In this document: piece by piece, positions 7,453-18,124 of the stretch
How the letters are laid out: every line of letters begins with the position of its first letter
Position numbering within the stretch: position 1 is the first letter of the stretch
IMG/VR virus record: IMGVR_UViG_3300032241_003073
Location: 34,315 to 98,314 of that record
Origin: a virus
Length of the DNA: 64,000 nt
Strand: one strand, 5' to 3'
Program-made: the position numbers and the translations under genes
Notes under the pieces: generated by a model
The model's database searches: none
What the model was told of the DNA's origin: nothing
Seen by the model: only the letters and a program-made list of their open reading frames with translations

Positions 7453-9837
7453 TTATAATGTTGTTGCAGGCTCCGTAAAACTTCCGGTTCGATGTATAGA
7501 AAATTCTAAGAAGATAAACTCAGCAGCACGTACTGGTTGAATCCCAATTTGAGCACGGAATTCATTTCTATCTACTACATCTGGTGTATTTAATGTTGCA
7601 TCGGCTACAATGATAAAATCATTAATGCCACGACCAACTTTTACTTGATTTAGAATTCCTGACGCAACTCTAATAAATTTATTTTGGAAAATAGAATCAT
7701 TTGGATCAAAAAGAAGTTGGCGACTAGCAATTCTAATTTCTTTTTCAATATAGAACATTAATCTTCTAACATTTACACGATCCAAAGCTGTTGGGGTTCT
7801 TTGCATGGTTTTTTGTCCCCATACCAAGAATCCATTGACATCTGGGAATTGAACAATTGGATTAATACAGTTACGATTTCCATACATCAAGTCACGTTCG
7901 GCAAGTGTGGGTCTGTTGTAAATATCTGTAATTCCAGGAACAATGCCACGAGTCATTCCAGCAGGAGCAAACCAAGGAGCCGACAAATTGTCGCTACGAG
8001 CAATTGTTGCTAATATTGCACCACTTGGAGGAATCCAAACATCTACTTGATTGTAATTGTCACGATACTTAACCCATGGCCAATAAAGAGCACCAAAATC
8101 CGAATCAAATCTGGTTCCATTTAATGGATGTGCTCCATTTTGCCATGCTGTTATTTCATCTACCGTTAGACCAAAAGGAGGGTCAATAATTGCCAAGCAA
8201 TCTTGTCTATAGTTTTGACAAAAATCTAATAGTGCGGAAACAACTGATGTGCTTGGGTGTCCAGGAACAGCAATTAAGTCAATATCAATTTGTTCTGGTT
8301 CGGATAGAGTATAAATTCCTGTGTATCCAACGCTGTTTCCTATTAGCAAAGAGTCTTGTTTATCTGGATCGGCAGGAATACCATCAGTTCCTCCAGAAAG
8401 GCTATATGTTCCATTTAAAGGGCCAGCACCTTCTGCCATGTTGTCTGTCACTCTGATATAGTCAGAAACTAGTGAAATATATGTTTCAACATAGTAGCTG
8501 CTTGTTTGATCTTTACTTAGATTTCCCCAAGATTCTACTCCAACCCCATTGTTGAAAACCTGAAGAACAAAGTGTCCCTGGCGGGTATCGTTTGTTATGA
8601 CAACTTGAGTTGAGTTTCCATCAATACCTGGGCTATCTGCAAAAACAGAGAACGAATTGCTTCCAGTTGTGTTTGCGGCACCTGTTACCAATCCATAGCT
8701 TGGAACACCAACATTTCCAGTGACTCCTTCTGGAGTATAGCCACTTTGTGTAATTGTGGTTAAACCAAAAATATCTTGTGCGGTTCCATCTGGTTTAACT
8801 CTAATTCGGGCATCAGTTCCGGTGTGATTTGTAGTAAATTCAAGATTATTTCCAACAGCTTTTGCAGTCCATCCTCCTGGTAAGCTACCACCATCAGAAA
8901 CTTTTTCTGCATTAATTGCTGTTACAATATTAGAAATTGTATTTGTTGATCCTTCTAGAGAAGACAAATCAATAACTTGAACGACTCCGTCAATTAAAAC
9001 ATTATCTGTTCCATCTACAACAATTTCTAGATTTAATCCGGTTAGTCCTGTGAAGTCATAATTTCCGCTAGTTTGATAGCTAACATTAGGATATTGTCCC
9101 ATGGTTCCAAGAACAGTTGCTTTGGTCATTCCTGTTCCTAAACCAGTTACGTTTCCGTTAAGAACAGTGTCTCCGTAAATAGCATTTTGAACAGAAACTA
9201 GTTCGATAGAAGCGTTTGGACCATATGCCCAGAACGATTTTACTCCAATTGTTTCGCTTGATGTTACGTAAAATTCAATTCCGTCATTTTCATAATCAAG
9301 TTGGCTGTTTAGTTCTGCAACTAATTCGGCAACAGTATATGCATTTCCAGTGTATGGTGCTGGTCTATTAGCATCAGAAAAAACAACTAAAGTCTTTGAT
9401 GATAGATTCTCGTTTAATCTCCATCTGAAGAATGAATCAACATCAAATGAATAAGGTCCAGTTGTTGCAGATTCGATTTTTACTAGTGTTCCAGCAGCGG
9501 GAACATTGACCATTGCTGTTAATGCTTGCTCATCACTTACTGGATCAACATCAGCAACACGAACAACGAATAATTCTGTCGCTACTAACAAATAAAGTTG
9601 AGCCGCATAGATTAGGAATGGATCGCTCACGTCTGGATGTGGATTTCCGAAGGTTTGTTTAAGCTGGCGACTTGTTGTAATAAGAGTCGGCAGATTAACT
9701 GGACCTTTGGAAGCGAAACCAACCAAGCCCGCACGATGAAAAGATTGATTGGGCGCAATATAGCTTAAATCTTTTTCAGTTATTCTAACACTTGGGCTAA
9801 TTGTGTTTGAAGGCGGGAACCCTTGTAAAATCGCCAT
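7453..9837 (-). CDS. tail sheath protein (gp18-like)
   Basis: SPSVRITEKD, WFAPAGMTRG, INPIVQF, WGQKT, ALDRVNVRRL, PVRAAEFI. Confidence 0.95.
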   Translation of the reverse strand: MAILQGFPPSNTISPSVRITEKDLSYIAPNQSFHRAGLVGFASKGPVNLPTLITTSRQLKQTFGNPHPDVSDPFLIYAAQLYLLVATELFVVRVADVDPVSDEQALTAMVNVPAAGTLVKIESATTGPYSFDVDSFFRWRLNENLSSKTLVVFSDANRPAPYTGNAYTVAELVAELNSQLDYENDGIEFYVTSSETIGVKSFWAYGPNASIELVSVQNAIYGDTVLNGNVTGLGTGMTKATVLGTMGQYPNVSYQTSGNYDFTGLTGLNLEIVVDGTDNVLIDGVVQVIDLSSLEGSTNTISNIVTAINAEKVSDGGSLPGGWTAKAVGNNLEFTTNHTGTDARIRVKPDGTAQDIFGLTTITQSGYTPEGVTGNVGVPSYGLVTGAANTTGSNSFSVFADSPGIDGNSTQVVITNDTRQGHFVLQVFNNGVGVESWGNLSKDQTSSYYVETYISLVSDYIRVTDNMAEGAGPLNGTYSLSGGTDGIPADPDKQDSLLIGNSVGYTGIYTLSEPEQIDIDLIAVPGHPSTSVVSALLDFCQNYRQDCLAIIDPPFGLTVDEITAWQNGAHPLNGTRFDSDFGALYWPWVKYRDNYNQVDVWIPPSGAILATIARSDNLSAPWFAPAGMTRGIVPGITDIYNRPTLAERDLMYGNRNCINPIVQFPDVNGFLVWGQKTMQRTPTALDRVNVRRLMFYIEKEIRIASRQLLFDPNDSIFQNKFIRVASGILNQVKVGRGINDFIIVADATLNTPDVVDRNEFRAQIGIQPVRAAEFIFLEFSIHRTGSFTEPATTL

Positions 9838-9841
9838 AGTC

Positions 9842-10063
9842 TTATTCTCCCTTTCGTATCTTGTTTGATATGTGTCTTGTGGAAATTAATCCATTCTTCT
9901 CTGCTCTATCTATGTATTCAGTTGCTCTTTCTTCTTCTAAAAGATAAACATTTTTTCCTGAACCTATCCCTGGAATGTTTAGTACAGTAGAAGAGCGTGT
10001 AGCCGTCCTGGACTTTACAATTAACTGAACTGGGAACTTGTTTTTGTTTCTAATTTCTAACAT
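9842..10063 (-). CDS. hypothetical protein of the tail module
   Basis: 73-aa ORF between gp15-like gene and sheath. Confidence 0.6.
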   Translation of the reverse strand: MLEIRNKNKFPVQLIVKSRTATRSSTVLNIPGIGSGKNVYLLEEERATEYIDRAEKNGLISTRHISNKIRKGE

Positions 10064-11025
10064 TCTAATTCCTTAACAGATTCTTCTATTCTTGAGATAA
10101 CTTGAGTTATTTCTTCTTCGCTCATGCCATCAACAAAATCAATTTTTGTTCTCAGCACGGCTTTTTTGCGTTCAATCGGTTGAGGTATATATGTTTCTAC
10201 TGTCAAATTAAATTCATATTTAATTATTCTTATTGCTTGATCTCCAGGTTCAGACTCTAGATTATTGGCAATAGAATCCAGTTTTACTATGACTTCCCAA
10301 GGAACGCCAGTTACTCTTATGTATGCTGTTTGGCTAAATTTTAACAAAATTTGTTCAATTATTTGATTCATATCTTCACGATACATTGTCCAAGATGTTA
10401 TTGTGTATCCAATGTTAATTGGAACGCCTCTGGAAAGTCCAAAAATTGTATCTCTTTTATATTTTTCGTTAATTGTTAGTCCTGGTTTTCCATTTTCTCT
10501 AAAATAATTTATTGCTTTATGATAAGTGTATCGGTTTAAATCATAATCAATTTGTGTTTGAGAAATTGCAATCATTGGAAGTTTAATTCGATCCACCACT
10601 AGTGTTTCATCTTTTCTTACATTATCTTGAACAATTGCAGCTACAGCTTTTTCTGGTGGTCCCAAAATAACAGGTATTGGCCATGCTTTTCCGTCCTCAT
10701 CAATTACAACCACATTGCTAAATAAATCAATCATTGCTTCATCTGTGCCACGAATTGATTTAGAATAACGATAGAGGACATTTCTGTCGGGATTTTCAGG
10801 ATCATCAATAATCAATCCTCTTTGGGCTGGATCACAATCTACCCTTGTTCCGAATCCCCTTTTTTTCATGGTTTCATTTTTAAGAAATCCCAAGCTATCA
10901 GGATCTCTTAAATTTTCTGAATCGTCTTTGCCACAATATGGTGGAGAAACATCAAAATTTGGATCGTTAAAAGATGTTCCTTTAATTCCGCAATCGTTTA
11001 AATTTTTTTGTTGATGATTTAGCAT
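10057..11025 (-). CDS. tail sheath stabilizer / tail terminator (gp15-like)
   Basis: IPVILGPPEK, LPMIAI, VPINIGYTITSW, DMNQIIEQIL; position upstream of sheath. Confidence 0.7.
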   Translation of the reverse strand: MLNHQQKNLNDCGIKGTSFNDPNFDVSPPYCGKDDSENLRDPDSLGFLKNETMKKRGFGTRVDCDPAQRGLIIDDPENPDRNVLYRYSKSIRGTDEAMIDLFSNVVVIDEDGKAWPIPVILGPPEKAVAAIVQDNVRKDETLVVDRIKLPMIAISQTQIDYDLNRYTYHKAINYFRENGKPGLTINEKYKRDTIFGLSRGVPINIGYTITSWTMYREDMNQIIEQILLKFSQTAYIRVTGVPWEVIVKLDSIANNLESEPGDQAIRIIKYEFNLTVETYIPQPIERKKAVLRTKIDFVDGMSEEEITQVISRIEESVKELEC

Positions 11026-11063
11026 TTTTCCTCTATAATTACATATTCAACTGAGATTAAATT

Positions 11064-11891
11064 ATGGACAAGTTAGAAATTAAATATAGGTTGTGGCATA
11101 AAGGAGTTCCCCCACGTCAAATTAAATTACAGATTCCTGGATGGTCTGGTGAACAAAACAGCCATACAGATGGAGACAAACCACAGCCCTGGCACTGTCC
11201 CCCGTTTGTTGATGGTGCCACTTATGGATTGGAGCTTTATTATCCATTTGAAACTGAGTGTCATGTGCGATTAGTAGATGGAAAAGTTGTATTTGAAGGT
11301 GATTTTGATAAAGATCAAATACAATGTCCCGATGTGAAATTGCCTCCTTTTATGTCTTTTGCTCCCGGTCATTTTGGGATGACTTCTGCTTTGGATATTC
11401 AAGTTCCTACAGGTTATGTTTTAAGAACAGAGCCTCACCCAAGGTATTACACAAGTGAATGCAACACAGTTCCTTGTTGCATTCCTGGCCACATTCAAAC
11501 CGAGTGGTGGCCAAAATTCTTTTTTGTTGTTTTTAAGAATCCACTTCCAGGGCAAACTATTATTTTTAGGCAAGGGGAGCCATATGGACAAATTCTTATA
11601 ATTTCAAAAAAAATAAGCTATGATATAAAAGAAATGACTTTAGGCGAATCTTTAGAACGAGCAGATTGTGATAATAAAATCAATAAATATTGTAAAAGAT
11701 TTGTTAAAAATGATTGGCATGATCATTTGGGTCATAATTTTGATGATAAATATAAAGTTTTAAGCTCAATTTGCTCCAAACACGGGGCAGATTCTGTGAA
11801 AGACTTTATAAAATCAGTTGCAAAAAAAATAGAAGAAAAGAAAAAGATCCCATTTAAATTTTTCAAAAAAGGAAAAAATGAAAAGCTTTAA
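11064..11891 (+). CDS. hypothetical protein (DUF6065-like)
   Basis: HCPPFVDGATYG, GHIQTEWWP, IFRQGEPYGQI. Confidence 0.5.
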   Translation: MDKLEIKYRLWHKGVPPRQIKLQIPGWSGEQNSHTDGDKPQPWHCPPFVDGATYGLELYYPFETECHVRLVDGKVVFEGDFDKDQIQCPDVKLPPFMSFAPGHFGMTSALDIQVPTGYVLRTEPHPRYYTSECNTVPCCIPGHIQTEWWPKFFFVVFKNPLPGQTIIFRQGEPYGQILIISKKISYDIKEMTLGESLERADCDNKINKYCKRFVKNDWHDHLGHNFDDKYKVLSSICSKHGADSVKDFIKSVAKKIEEKKKIPFKFFKKGKNEKL

Positions 11892-12039
11892 AATAAAAAA
11901 AAGAGAAAATAGGCAGCCAATTTTTATTGCTGGTCCTTCTATAGTCTCTTTCAAGAAGCCGAAATTGCCATTTTTACTTTTTACAAAAATTCATAAGCCA
12001 GGAATCCAAAATAATTCCAAATTTATATTTTTGCCTTAA
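11878..12039 (+). CDS. small basic hypothetical protein (53 aa)
   Basis: Below track cutoff; AAAGGA RBS; MKSFKIKKRENRQPIF... Confidence 0.35.
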   Translation: MKSFKIKKRENRQPIFIAGPSIVSFKKPKLPFLLFTKIHKPGIQNNSKFIFLP

Positions 12040-12407
12040 CCTTGTGCTTGTTGTTGTGAAAATTGTTGATTTTGGTCTTGGTTGGATTGATCGGGCTGAT
12101 TTTGAAATTGGTTAGATTGATCGGTTTGATTTTGATCAGATGAATTGTCTGCGTTTGCTCCAATTTCTTTGGAGAATTTGTTAAAAGCATTTTTGAATGA
12201 GTCATCTGAAACATTTTTTAAAGTTTCAAGGGCTTTTTTAACTTCAGGATCATCAAGAGGATTTCCAATTGCTGGAGATGTTTGTCCTCCTTGAACATCA
12301 GGGGTAGGAGGCGATTGTTGTTGTGATTGCTGCTGCATATCATTTGAATTTTGCATCATTGCATTTTCTTTTAGTATTTTTTGATAAAATTCATAAAACG
12401 ATTTCAT
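12036..12407 (-). CDS. Q/N-rich putative internal head protein
   Basis: Likely start MKSFYEFYQKILKE at 12407 (AGGTGA RBS); CTS-like N-terminus. Confidence 0.6.
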   Translation of the reverse strand: MKSFYEFYQKILKENAMMQNSNDMQQQSQQQSPPTPDVQGGQTSPAIGNPLDDPEVKKALETLKNVSDDSFKNAFNKFSKEIGANADNSSDQNQTDQSNQFQNQPDQSNQDQNQQFSQQQAQG

Positions 12408-12415
12408 TTTTTCAC

Positions 12416-12958
12416 CTATACAATTTTTATTTTTAAGTCTGGTTGTTTTTGGGTAACTTTGCCTTCTCCAGTAACCACGTCTTCTTGGAATCTTTGGCAA
12501 ATTAATTCAATTCTCAAAACCCCCCACATTTTAAATTCGGCCAAGTTTCTTTGAACTATTACCCAATTTTCACGCAAATGTGGAGTGAATAATCTTGATC
12601 CAATTTTAGGAGGATGTCCTATATTTTGCAAAACTGCTCTATAGTTTAATTCAAACTTCATTTCATCTGGGGCATCAATTCCAAATTGATTTAATAAGTT
12701 TTGTGATGGAATGGGTTCATAATTACACCATAATTGAACAGGATTGTTTGAAAAAATCTTTCCTCTTGCTTCCAAATACACTGGATCTATCATATTTGGA
12801 GTAATAATTACTTCATAATAATAAATTGGAGATCCGCCACGCAATAACGCTTCTTGATCCCATAAATTAAAAAGATCAAATGTACGGTCATTTGGATCAT
12901 ACATTTGTGTGCTTCCACGCAGTTGATAGCAAGTTCCGTCTAGATTTTTTAATGCCAT
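12416..12958 (-). CDS. neck / head-closure protein (gp14-like)
   Basis: DPVYLEAR, LLNQFGIDAPDEMKF, PKIGSRL; neck-gene context. Confidence 0.65.
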   Translation of the reverse strand: MALKNLDGTCYQLRGSTQMYDPNDRTFDLFNLWDQEALLRGGSPIYYYEVIITPNMIDPVYLEARGKIFSNNPVQLWCNYEPIPSQNLLNQFGIDAPDEMKFELNYRAVLQNIGHPPKIGSRLFTPHLRENWVIVQRNLAEFKMWGVLRIELICQRFQEDVVTGEGKVTQKQPDLKIKIV

Positions 12959-12969
12959 AATTTATATAG

Positions 12970-13398
12970 TTAATTAAGTGTTATTTTAGGAGTTATTGCT
13001 ATTTGTCCACCATCAGTCGTTGGCAAAACATAAGGAGAAACTGTAAATCTTTCCACCCACAACAATTGAGGAGTTGCCTCGCTTGTTGTTACATAATATC
13101 CATAAACAGTTGCAATTGCTGTAAATGTAAAAATTTGTTGAGGATAGGATGCAGAACTTACTCCTCCTGAAGTTCCTACTGTCCAATTTGTTCCTGTTAA
13201 AGTAATTGGACTATATCCAGCTTGTGTTGCTTCTGTTAGGTCTCCAATAACAGTATTTTTTCCTGGTGTAATATTGTTTGTAAAAAGTCTAAGTAATCTC
13301 TGACCTCCAGATGGGGCCGATCCTCCATCTTGTGCTTGTTGATTGATAATATATTGAAGCATTAAAACATCTGCTGTATTTGGAACTACTAAAGACAT
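12970..13398 (-). CDS. putative virion structural protein
   Basis: LRLFTNN..P, GY.PITL...W, VYGYYV, LLWVERF; T/G-rich beta-type sequence. Confidence 0.55.
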   Translation of the reverse strand: MSLVVPNTADVLMLQYIINQQAQDGGSAPSGGQRLLRLFTNNITPGKNTVIGDLTEATQAGYSPITLTGTNWTVGTSGGVSSASYPQQIFTFTAIATVYGYYVTTSEATPQLLWVERFTVSPYVLPTTDGGQIAITPKITLN

Positions 13399-13440
13399 AA
13401 TTTTTTCCTTTTTTATTTTTTTAAATGACTAATATATTAT

Positions 13441-14106
13441 ATGGCAATTCGTAATAAAGATGGCACTGTATATAGATTATCTGCACCGAATCCTGTTATG
13501 AATACTCAAGAACTATGGAAAGAGTATCAAATTCACAATATGGAATGGGATACTGAAAAAATTGAAGAAGTTGAATTTATTCAAAAAAATGATGAACCGC
13601 AATATCAAGATGATTTTATTTCTAATTTAGACAAAGCAAAAGAAGAAATAAATGAAAAAGAAGAAATAAAGCCTAAAGAGGAAATAAAAGCAAAAGAGGA
13701 AAAGTTTGATTATATTTCTGAAGGAGAATCAAAAGTAGAAGGCTTTTCAAGAAAATCTATTATTAAGCCTGATCCTAAAGATGATGATGAAGAACAAGAT
13801 GTCATTAAAAAAGTTTTTATTCATTGTCTTCCTGCAAAGATTCGAGAGAGAAAAGATTCACTTTATGGTGATTCTTATAAAACTGTACAATACGATGCTC
13901 CAACATCTTTTGAAGGTGTGGTTTTGCGTCAAGAGGATTTATTTATAGATGTTTGGGTAGATTTTGATGGCATTGGAATTGGTTCTATTCTTTATCCAAA
14001 AGAAAATTTTAAAAGATGGTGGAGAGTTCAAGAAAAAATGAAAAAAGCAGGAGGTTGGATATTGACGGCAGTTCCATCAAGTTTCCAACCTTCTTTCGAA
14101 TTATGA
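13441..14106 (+). CDS. hypothetical protein, possible paralog of the gp14-like neck protein
   Basis: N-terminus MAIRNKDGTVYRL resembles MALKNLDGTCYQL; DSLYGD, IGSILYP. Confidence 0.55.
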   Translation: MAIRNKDGTVYRLSAPNPVMNTQELWKEYQIHNMEWDTEKIEEVEFIQKNDEPQYQDDFISNLDKAKEEINEKEEIKPKEEIKAKEEKFDYISEGESKVEGFSRKSIIKPDPKDDDEEQDVIKKVFIHCLPAKIRERKDSLYGDSYKTVQYDAPTSFEGVVLRQEDLFIDVWVDFDGIGIGSILYPKENFKRWWRVQEKMKKAGGWILTAVPSSFQPSFEL

Positions 14107-14373
14107 TTTTGTTTCTCCCGGCACAATTCTGGCAACCAATCCTGCTTTTTTAAGTTGCTCTCGATGATCTTCTACAGCTTTTGTGTATGCTGTTTCATAC
14201 ACATCTCTTATTAGCTTTAAAAAAGAATTTAAATCACCTTCAGTCATTAGGGAAACACTCAGTCTTTCAATAATTGGTTCGTTTGAAGAGTATTTTTCTT
14301 GCAATACTTCAAACATTGTTTTTTTTATATAATGACTACGAGGATTACTCATAAAGTCCATCCAATTTGCCAC
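14101..14373 (-). CDS. hypothetical protein
   Basis: 90-aa ORF coupled to the 935-aa gene. Confidence 0.6.
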   Translation of the reverse strand: MANWMDFMSNPRSHYIKKTMFEVLQEKYSSNEPIIERLSVSLMTEGDLNSFLKLIRDVYETAYTKAVEDHREQLKKAGLVARIVPGETKS

Positions 14374-14374
14374 T

Positions 14375-17182
14375 TCAATCTCCTCTCTCTTTTAATGCTT
14401 TTTGAATGTTTTGAATTGAAGATTGGTATTGTTTCATCTCTTCTTCGTTTTGCGTTAATTTTATTTTTGTTTCAAACCATTGCAAAAGATTGTTTAGAGA
14501 TTTTGGATTGGTTGTTTTGTCATATAACCATAATGAATTATGAGCAATTCCAACATAATCTCCTTTTGCTTTTTGTTCTGCAAAATTACCATTGTTCATT
14601 GGTATCGTTGGAACAGATAAAGTTGGTTTTGGCGTTATTATTCTTGCAGCTTTTTTAATTTCTTCAGGCTTTTGTGAGAATCCAAATTTTTTGTCAATTT
14701 CTTTTTGTAGTAGTGATAATATTGATTCGTCGTTTGAAGCATTTATTTGGGCTGCAATGCCAAGTGCGGCTTTGCTGTATTTTTCTCCTGTTTTTGGTTT
14801 CGCTATTTTTTCTATTTGTGATTCTTCCATATTTTGTTTTTCAACCAAATCTAAAAATCTTTCTAAAGAATCTAATGCTTCTTGTTCTTTTGGATTTTTT
14901 TGCATTGTAATAATGCCTTCTGATTCTTTTGCTTGCACAACCAAAGGATGTTTTTCAAATGCTTGCAATAAAGACTCAGATGTTTTATTTCCTTCTTTTA
15001 TCCAAGAAATAATTGTTTTTTGTGCTGTATTGTCTGCTTGTTCTTGAGATGTTCCTGTTTTTTGTTGAATTAATTCCGCAAGTGTATTTTTAAGTTTAAC
15101 TTGGAATATGATTTTATCATGAAGTCCCAATTCATAAATATCTGCATTTTTTTCTGCGTCTGTGCTTTGAGCAACTGTTTGCTTTGCTGCTGTGTTGATT
15201 TCATCTGTCATTTTTGCATCTTTTCTTATGGAAGATAATGAAGATCTTAAATTTTGTAAATCATAAGGAAAATTACGACCAGAAGTGTCTAGTATTTTTT
15301 GTCCTTTTTTCCTTTTTTCTTCAGAAGACGATCCATATAAAGATGCAGGGCCTTCTTTCGTTCGTGATTCAATTTCTGCTGTAATATTTTTTTCTTCTCC
15401 TCCTCCTGAGAAGTATTGTGTTTTTTGGATTTGTCCTAAAATCCTAGTTCTACGAGTTCCACCTCCAGATAAATCTTTTTGTAAAACAACGCCGATTTTA
15501 TTGCGTGCAAAGTCTCTTCTTCCTGCTGCATCTAATAATTTCTTGTTTCCTAGATCTGCTATCATTTTCATAAAAACTAATTGATGAAAATCTTCTATTT
15601 CACTTCTTAATATTTCTATTTCATGGTTTGTTGCACCGCCACATCCATGTTTTAAACATTGTCTAATTCCCATTATAATATCTTCAAGATAATCTCCTTT
15701 TCCTGGCTCAAAATTGTTTTTTGAATCAATTCCGCCTCTTCTTTGAGAATTAATTATTTTTTCATATAGTTCATTATATTGTGGATCTGCTGGCGTGACT
15801 TTTGTTGATCTTTCGCTGCTTTTGTTTATACTCATAGACCCAGGAGATTCATGTCTTGTTCCTTGGAATTCTTCATCATTAACTTTAACAAATTGTTTGT
15901 TGTGTCCTCTTAATTTTTCTTTTGGAACATTAATGATTCTTTGTCCTGTTTGTGGATCTGTTATAAAATCATTTTTTTCTTTTCCTAATTCACGCAAATA
16001 ATGAGCGGGATTTACAATTGGAACCATTTTTTCAACTAGGTTTCCGTTTTCATGCAGAATTCTTTTTTCAAAAGGTAAATATAATGGAGGGTTTTTAATT
16101 TTGCCTCCTTCTATTGTTGGAGAAAACCCATCTTCATTCACTCCGGGAATTGGCGGTCCTTTTAACTCTCCTGATTTTATCATCTGTTTCAGTTTAATAT
16201 CTGTAATTTCTTCTGCTTTCTTTTTTCTTTTTGTTATATTTTTTGCATATTCTGGATCGTGTTCTAATTTTAATAATTCTTGATTTAAAATAATTTCTTT
16301 GGCTCGTGATACAGTAAATGTATCTTCAAATCCATTTACCTCTTGCCATACTACATCCTTTGGAAGATCTCCAAACATTCTATGACTATTGGCATTTAAA
16401 AAATCTCTTAACGCACTTTGAATAACTTGATTTTTAGGAAAATTCATTCCTTGGGTTGTTCTTGTGGGATCTTTATCTTCTTCATCATTATCTTCATATT
16501 CATCGGAAATTGGATTTGTCATGTCAAACCCATATAGACCTTTGCCAGAAGGAAGTCCTGACTCTGGATGAAAATCCTCTCCGTGTGTGGTTTCTAATTT
16601 GTGATATAAACGATTAAGATATGGTTTTGCTCTAAATTTTGTTACTTTTTTAACACCAACTTTTTTATCGCTTGAATTTAATGAGAATTCTACTTCTTCA
16701 TTTGGATCTTCTAAAAGATGTGGAGTTTTTTGTTTAACATAATAATGTGCAATTTGTTTTGCTTTTTCCATAATTTGATTATCACTTAATCCTTTTGTGC
16801 TTGTTAAATGATTAAATTCTTCTTTATCTAAAAAATATTTTTTAATTGAATCAAAATTTTTTTCTTTTATTCCTTGGTATATTTCATCTATAATTTCGCC
16901 TTCTTTGTGATCTTCTTGTCTGTGATTATGAAGCCTTTCTACAGCTTTAAATAACATGTCATATCTGGCTTTTATGGCATTTTTCCAATAATCATGTGGA
17001 AATTGTTTTAGAAAATTAATATCTTCTTTGTCAATTTTGATAGGATATTCATTTCTTATATCACCAAATCTTGCCATTTCATGGAAAATTTTGAAATAGT
17101 TTGGCCTTAAAAATTCATATTTTGAATTTTCACTAAAATCTTTTAAAATGAAGTCACGAAATGATTTAATTAATGAAGCCAT
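14375..17182 (-). CDS. large putative internal virion protein (935 aa)
   Basis: Long ORF; N-terminal IKSFRDFI; charged/helical; among neck genes. Confidence 0.6.
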   Translation of the reverse strand: MASLIKSFRDFILKDFSENSKYEFLRPNYFKIFHEMARFGDIRNEYPIKIDKEDINFLKQFPHDYWKNAIKARYDMLFKAVERLHNHRQEDHKEGEIIDEIYQGIKEKNFDSIKKYFLDKEEFNHLTSTKGLSDNQIMEKAKQIAHYYVKQKTPHLLEDPNEEVEFSLNSSDKKVGVKKVTKFRAKPYLNRLYHKLETTHGEDFHPESGLPSGKGLYGFDMTNPISDEYEDNDEEDKDPTRTTQGMNFPKNQVIQSALRDFLNANSHRMFGDLPKDVVWQEVNGFEDTFTVSRAKEIILNQELLKLEHDPEYAKNITKRKKKAEEITDIKLKQMIKSGELKGPPIPGVNEDGFSPTIEGGKIKNPPLYLPFEKRILHENGNLVEKMVPIVNPAHYLRELGKEKNDFITDPQTGQRIINVPKEKLRGHNKQFVKVNDEEFQGTRHESPGSMSINKSSERSTKVTPADPQYNELYEKIINSQRRGGIDSKNNFEPGKGDYLEDIIMGIRQCLKHGCGGATNHEIEILRSEIEDFHQLVFMKMIADLGNKKLLDAAGRRDFARNKIGVVLQKDLSGGGTRRTRILGQIQKTQYFSGGGEEKNITAEIESRTKEGPASLYGSSSEEKRKKGQKILDTSGRNFPYDLQNLRSSLSSIRKDAKMTDEINTAAKQTVAQSTDAEKNADIYELGLHDKIIFQVKLKNTLAELIQQKTGTSQEQADNTAQKTIISWIKEGNKTSESLLQAFEKHPLVVQAKESEGIITMQKNPKEQEALDSLERFLDLVEKQNMEESQIEKIAKPKTGEKYSKAALGIAAQINASNDESILSLLQKEIDKKFGFSQKPEEIKKAARIITPKPTLSVPTIPMNNGNFAEQKAKGDYVGIAHNSLWLYDKTTNPKSLNNLLQWFETKIKLTQNEEEMKQYQSSIQNIQKALKERGD

Positions 17183-17229
17183 ATTACACCTTTACTAGTT
17201 TCAATCGGATTTATGATATATATGTTACT

Positions 17230-18099
17230 ATGAACAATAATATGCTATTTATTCCCCGGCCAACTTCTGATCAATATTCTCAACTTTGTTGTGGTGGTTG
17301 TAATGATTTAGGTCCAACAGATCCTATAGATAGAATTGGACCACGTAAAAATAGAGAAAAAGTTCGTGGGCAAATTAAAGATTATGTGTTAACAATGCTG
17401 GGAGCACCCGTACTTCCATTAGAGTTAGACGATCAACAAGTTGAAAATTCTATAGATTTTGCACTTCAAGTTTTTGAGGATTATGCTCCTATGGAATATT
17501 TTCAATATTATACTTTTTATACCGTTCCCGGACAAAGTGTTTATAAACTACCACCAGACGTTGGTTTTATAAGACAAATATCATATAAAGAAACTGCAAA
17601 CTATGCATTTTCGGCTTCAGATTTAGGAGGAGTAATTCCTTTAGAATATATGGGTGCTGGAGCTTACGGATCTATTGCAGGTGGTATTAATCCACAACAA
17701 CCTGTTTGGGGTAAAATGGCAGATTGGGTAATGTACAAACAATATGAAGATATGTATAATAGAATTTCAGGCCAGCAGGGAGGATGGGAGTATCTAGCAG
17801 GATATAATCATGTGAAATTGTATCCTATTCCATATAGAACATATCCTGTTGCTGTCCACTATTTACAAAGAAGACCCGACTTTAGGCTTGTCACTCAGGC
17901 AATGCAAGAAGGTGCCTTGGCATTTGCTAAAATTATTTTAGGAAGAATTCGCAGTCGTATATCCAATCCTCCAGGGCCAAATGGTGGAATTCAATTGGAT
18001 GGAGCCACAATTCTTGCAGAAGGACTACAAGAAAAAAAAGATTGGGAAGAAAGACTGATTAACAGATTTGGTGATTTGCTCGGACCACGCATGATGTGA
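17230..18099 (+). CDS. neck protein (gp13-like head-tail adaptor)
   Basis: LTMLGAPVLPLELDDQQ..IDFAL, KIILGRIRSR, PGPNGGIQLDG; start uncertain (17173 or 17230). Confidence 0.85.
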   Translation: MNNNMLFIPRPTSDQYSQLCCGGCNDLGPTDPIDRIGPRKNREKVRGQIKDYVLTMLGAPVLPLELDDQQVENSIDFALQVFEDYAPMEYFQYYTFYTVPGQSVYKLPPDVGFIRQISYKETANYAFSASDLGGVIPLEYMGAGAYGSIAGGINPQQPVWGKMADWVMYKQYEDMYNRISGQQGGWEYLAGYNHVKLYPIPYRTYPVAVHYLQRRPDFRLVTQAMQEGALAFAKIILGRIRSRISNPPGPNGGIQLDGATILAEGLQEKKDWEERLINRFGDLLGPRMM

Positions 18100-18124
18100 C
18101 GTGTAATTTTTATAAAAGGCAAAA

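Noticed and set aside
14299-16283. Several plus-strand ORFs opposite the 935-aa gene
   Set aside because: Antisense shadows with no RBS or motifs.
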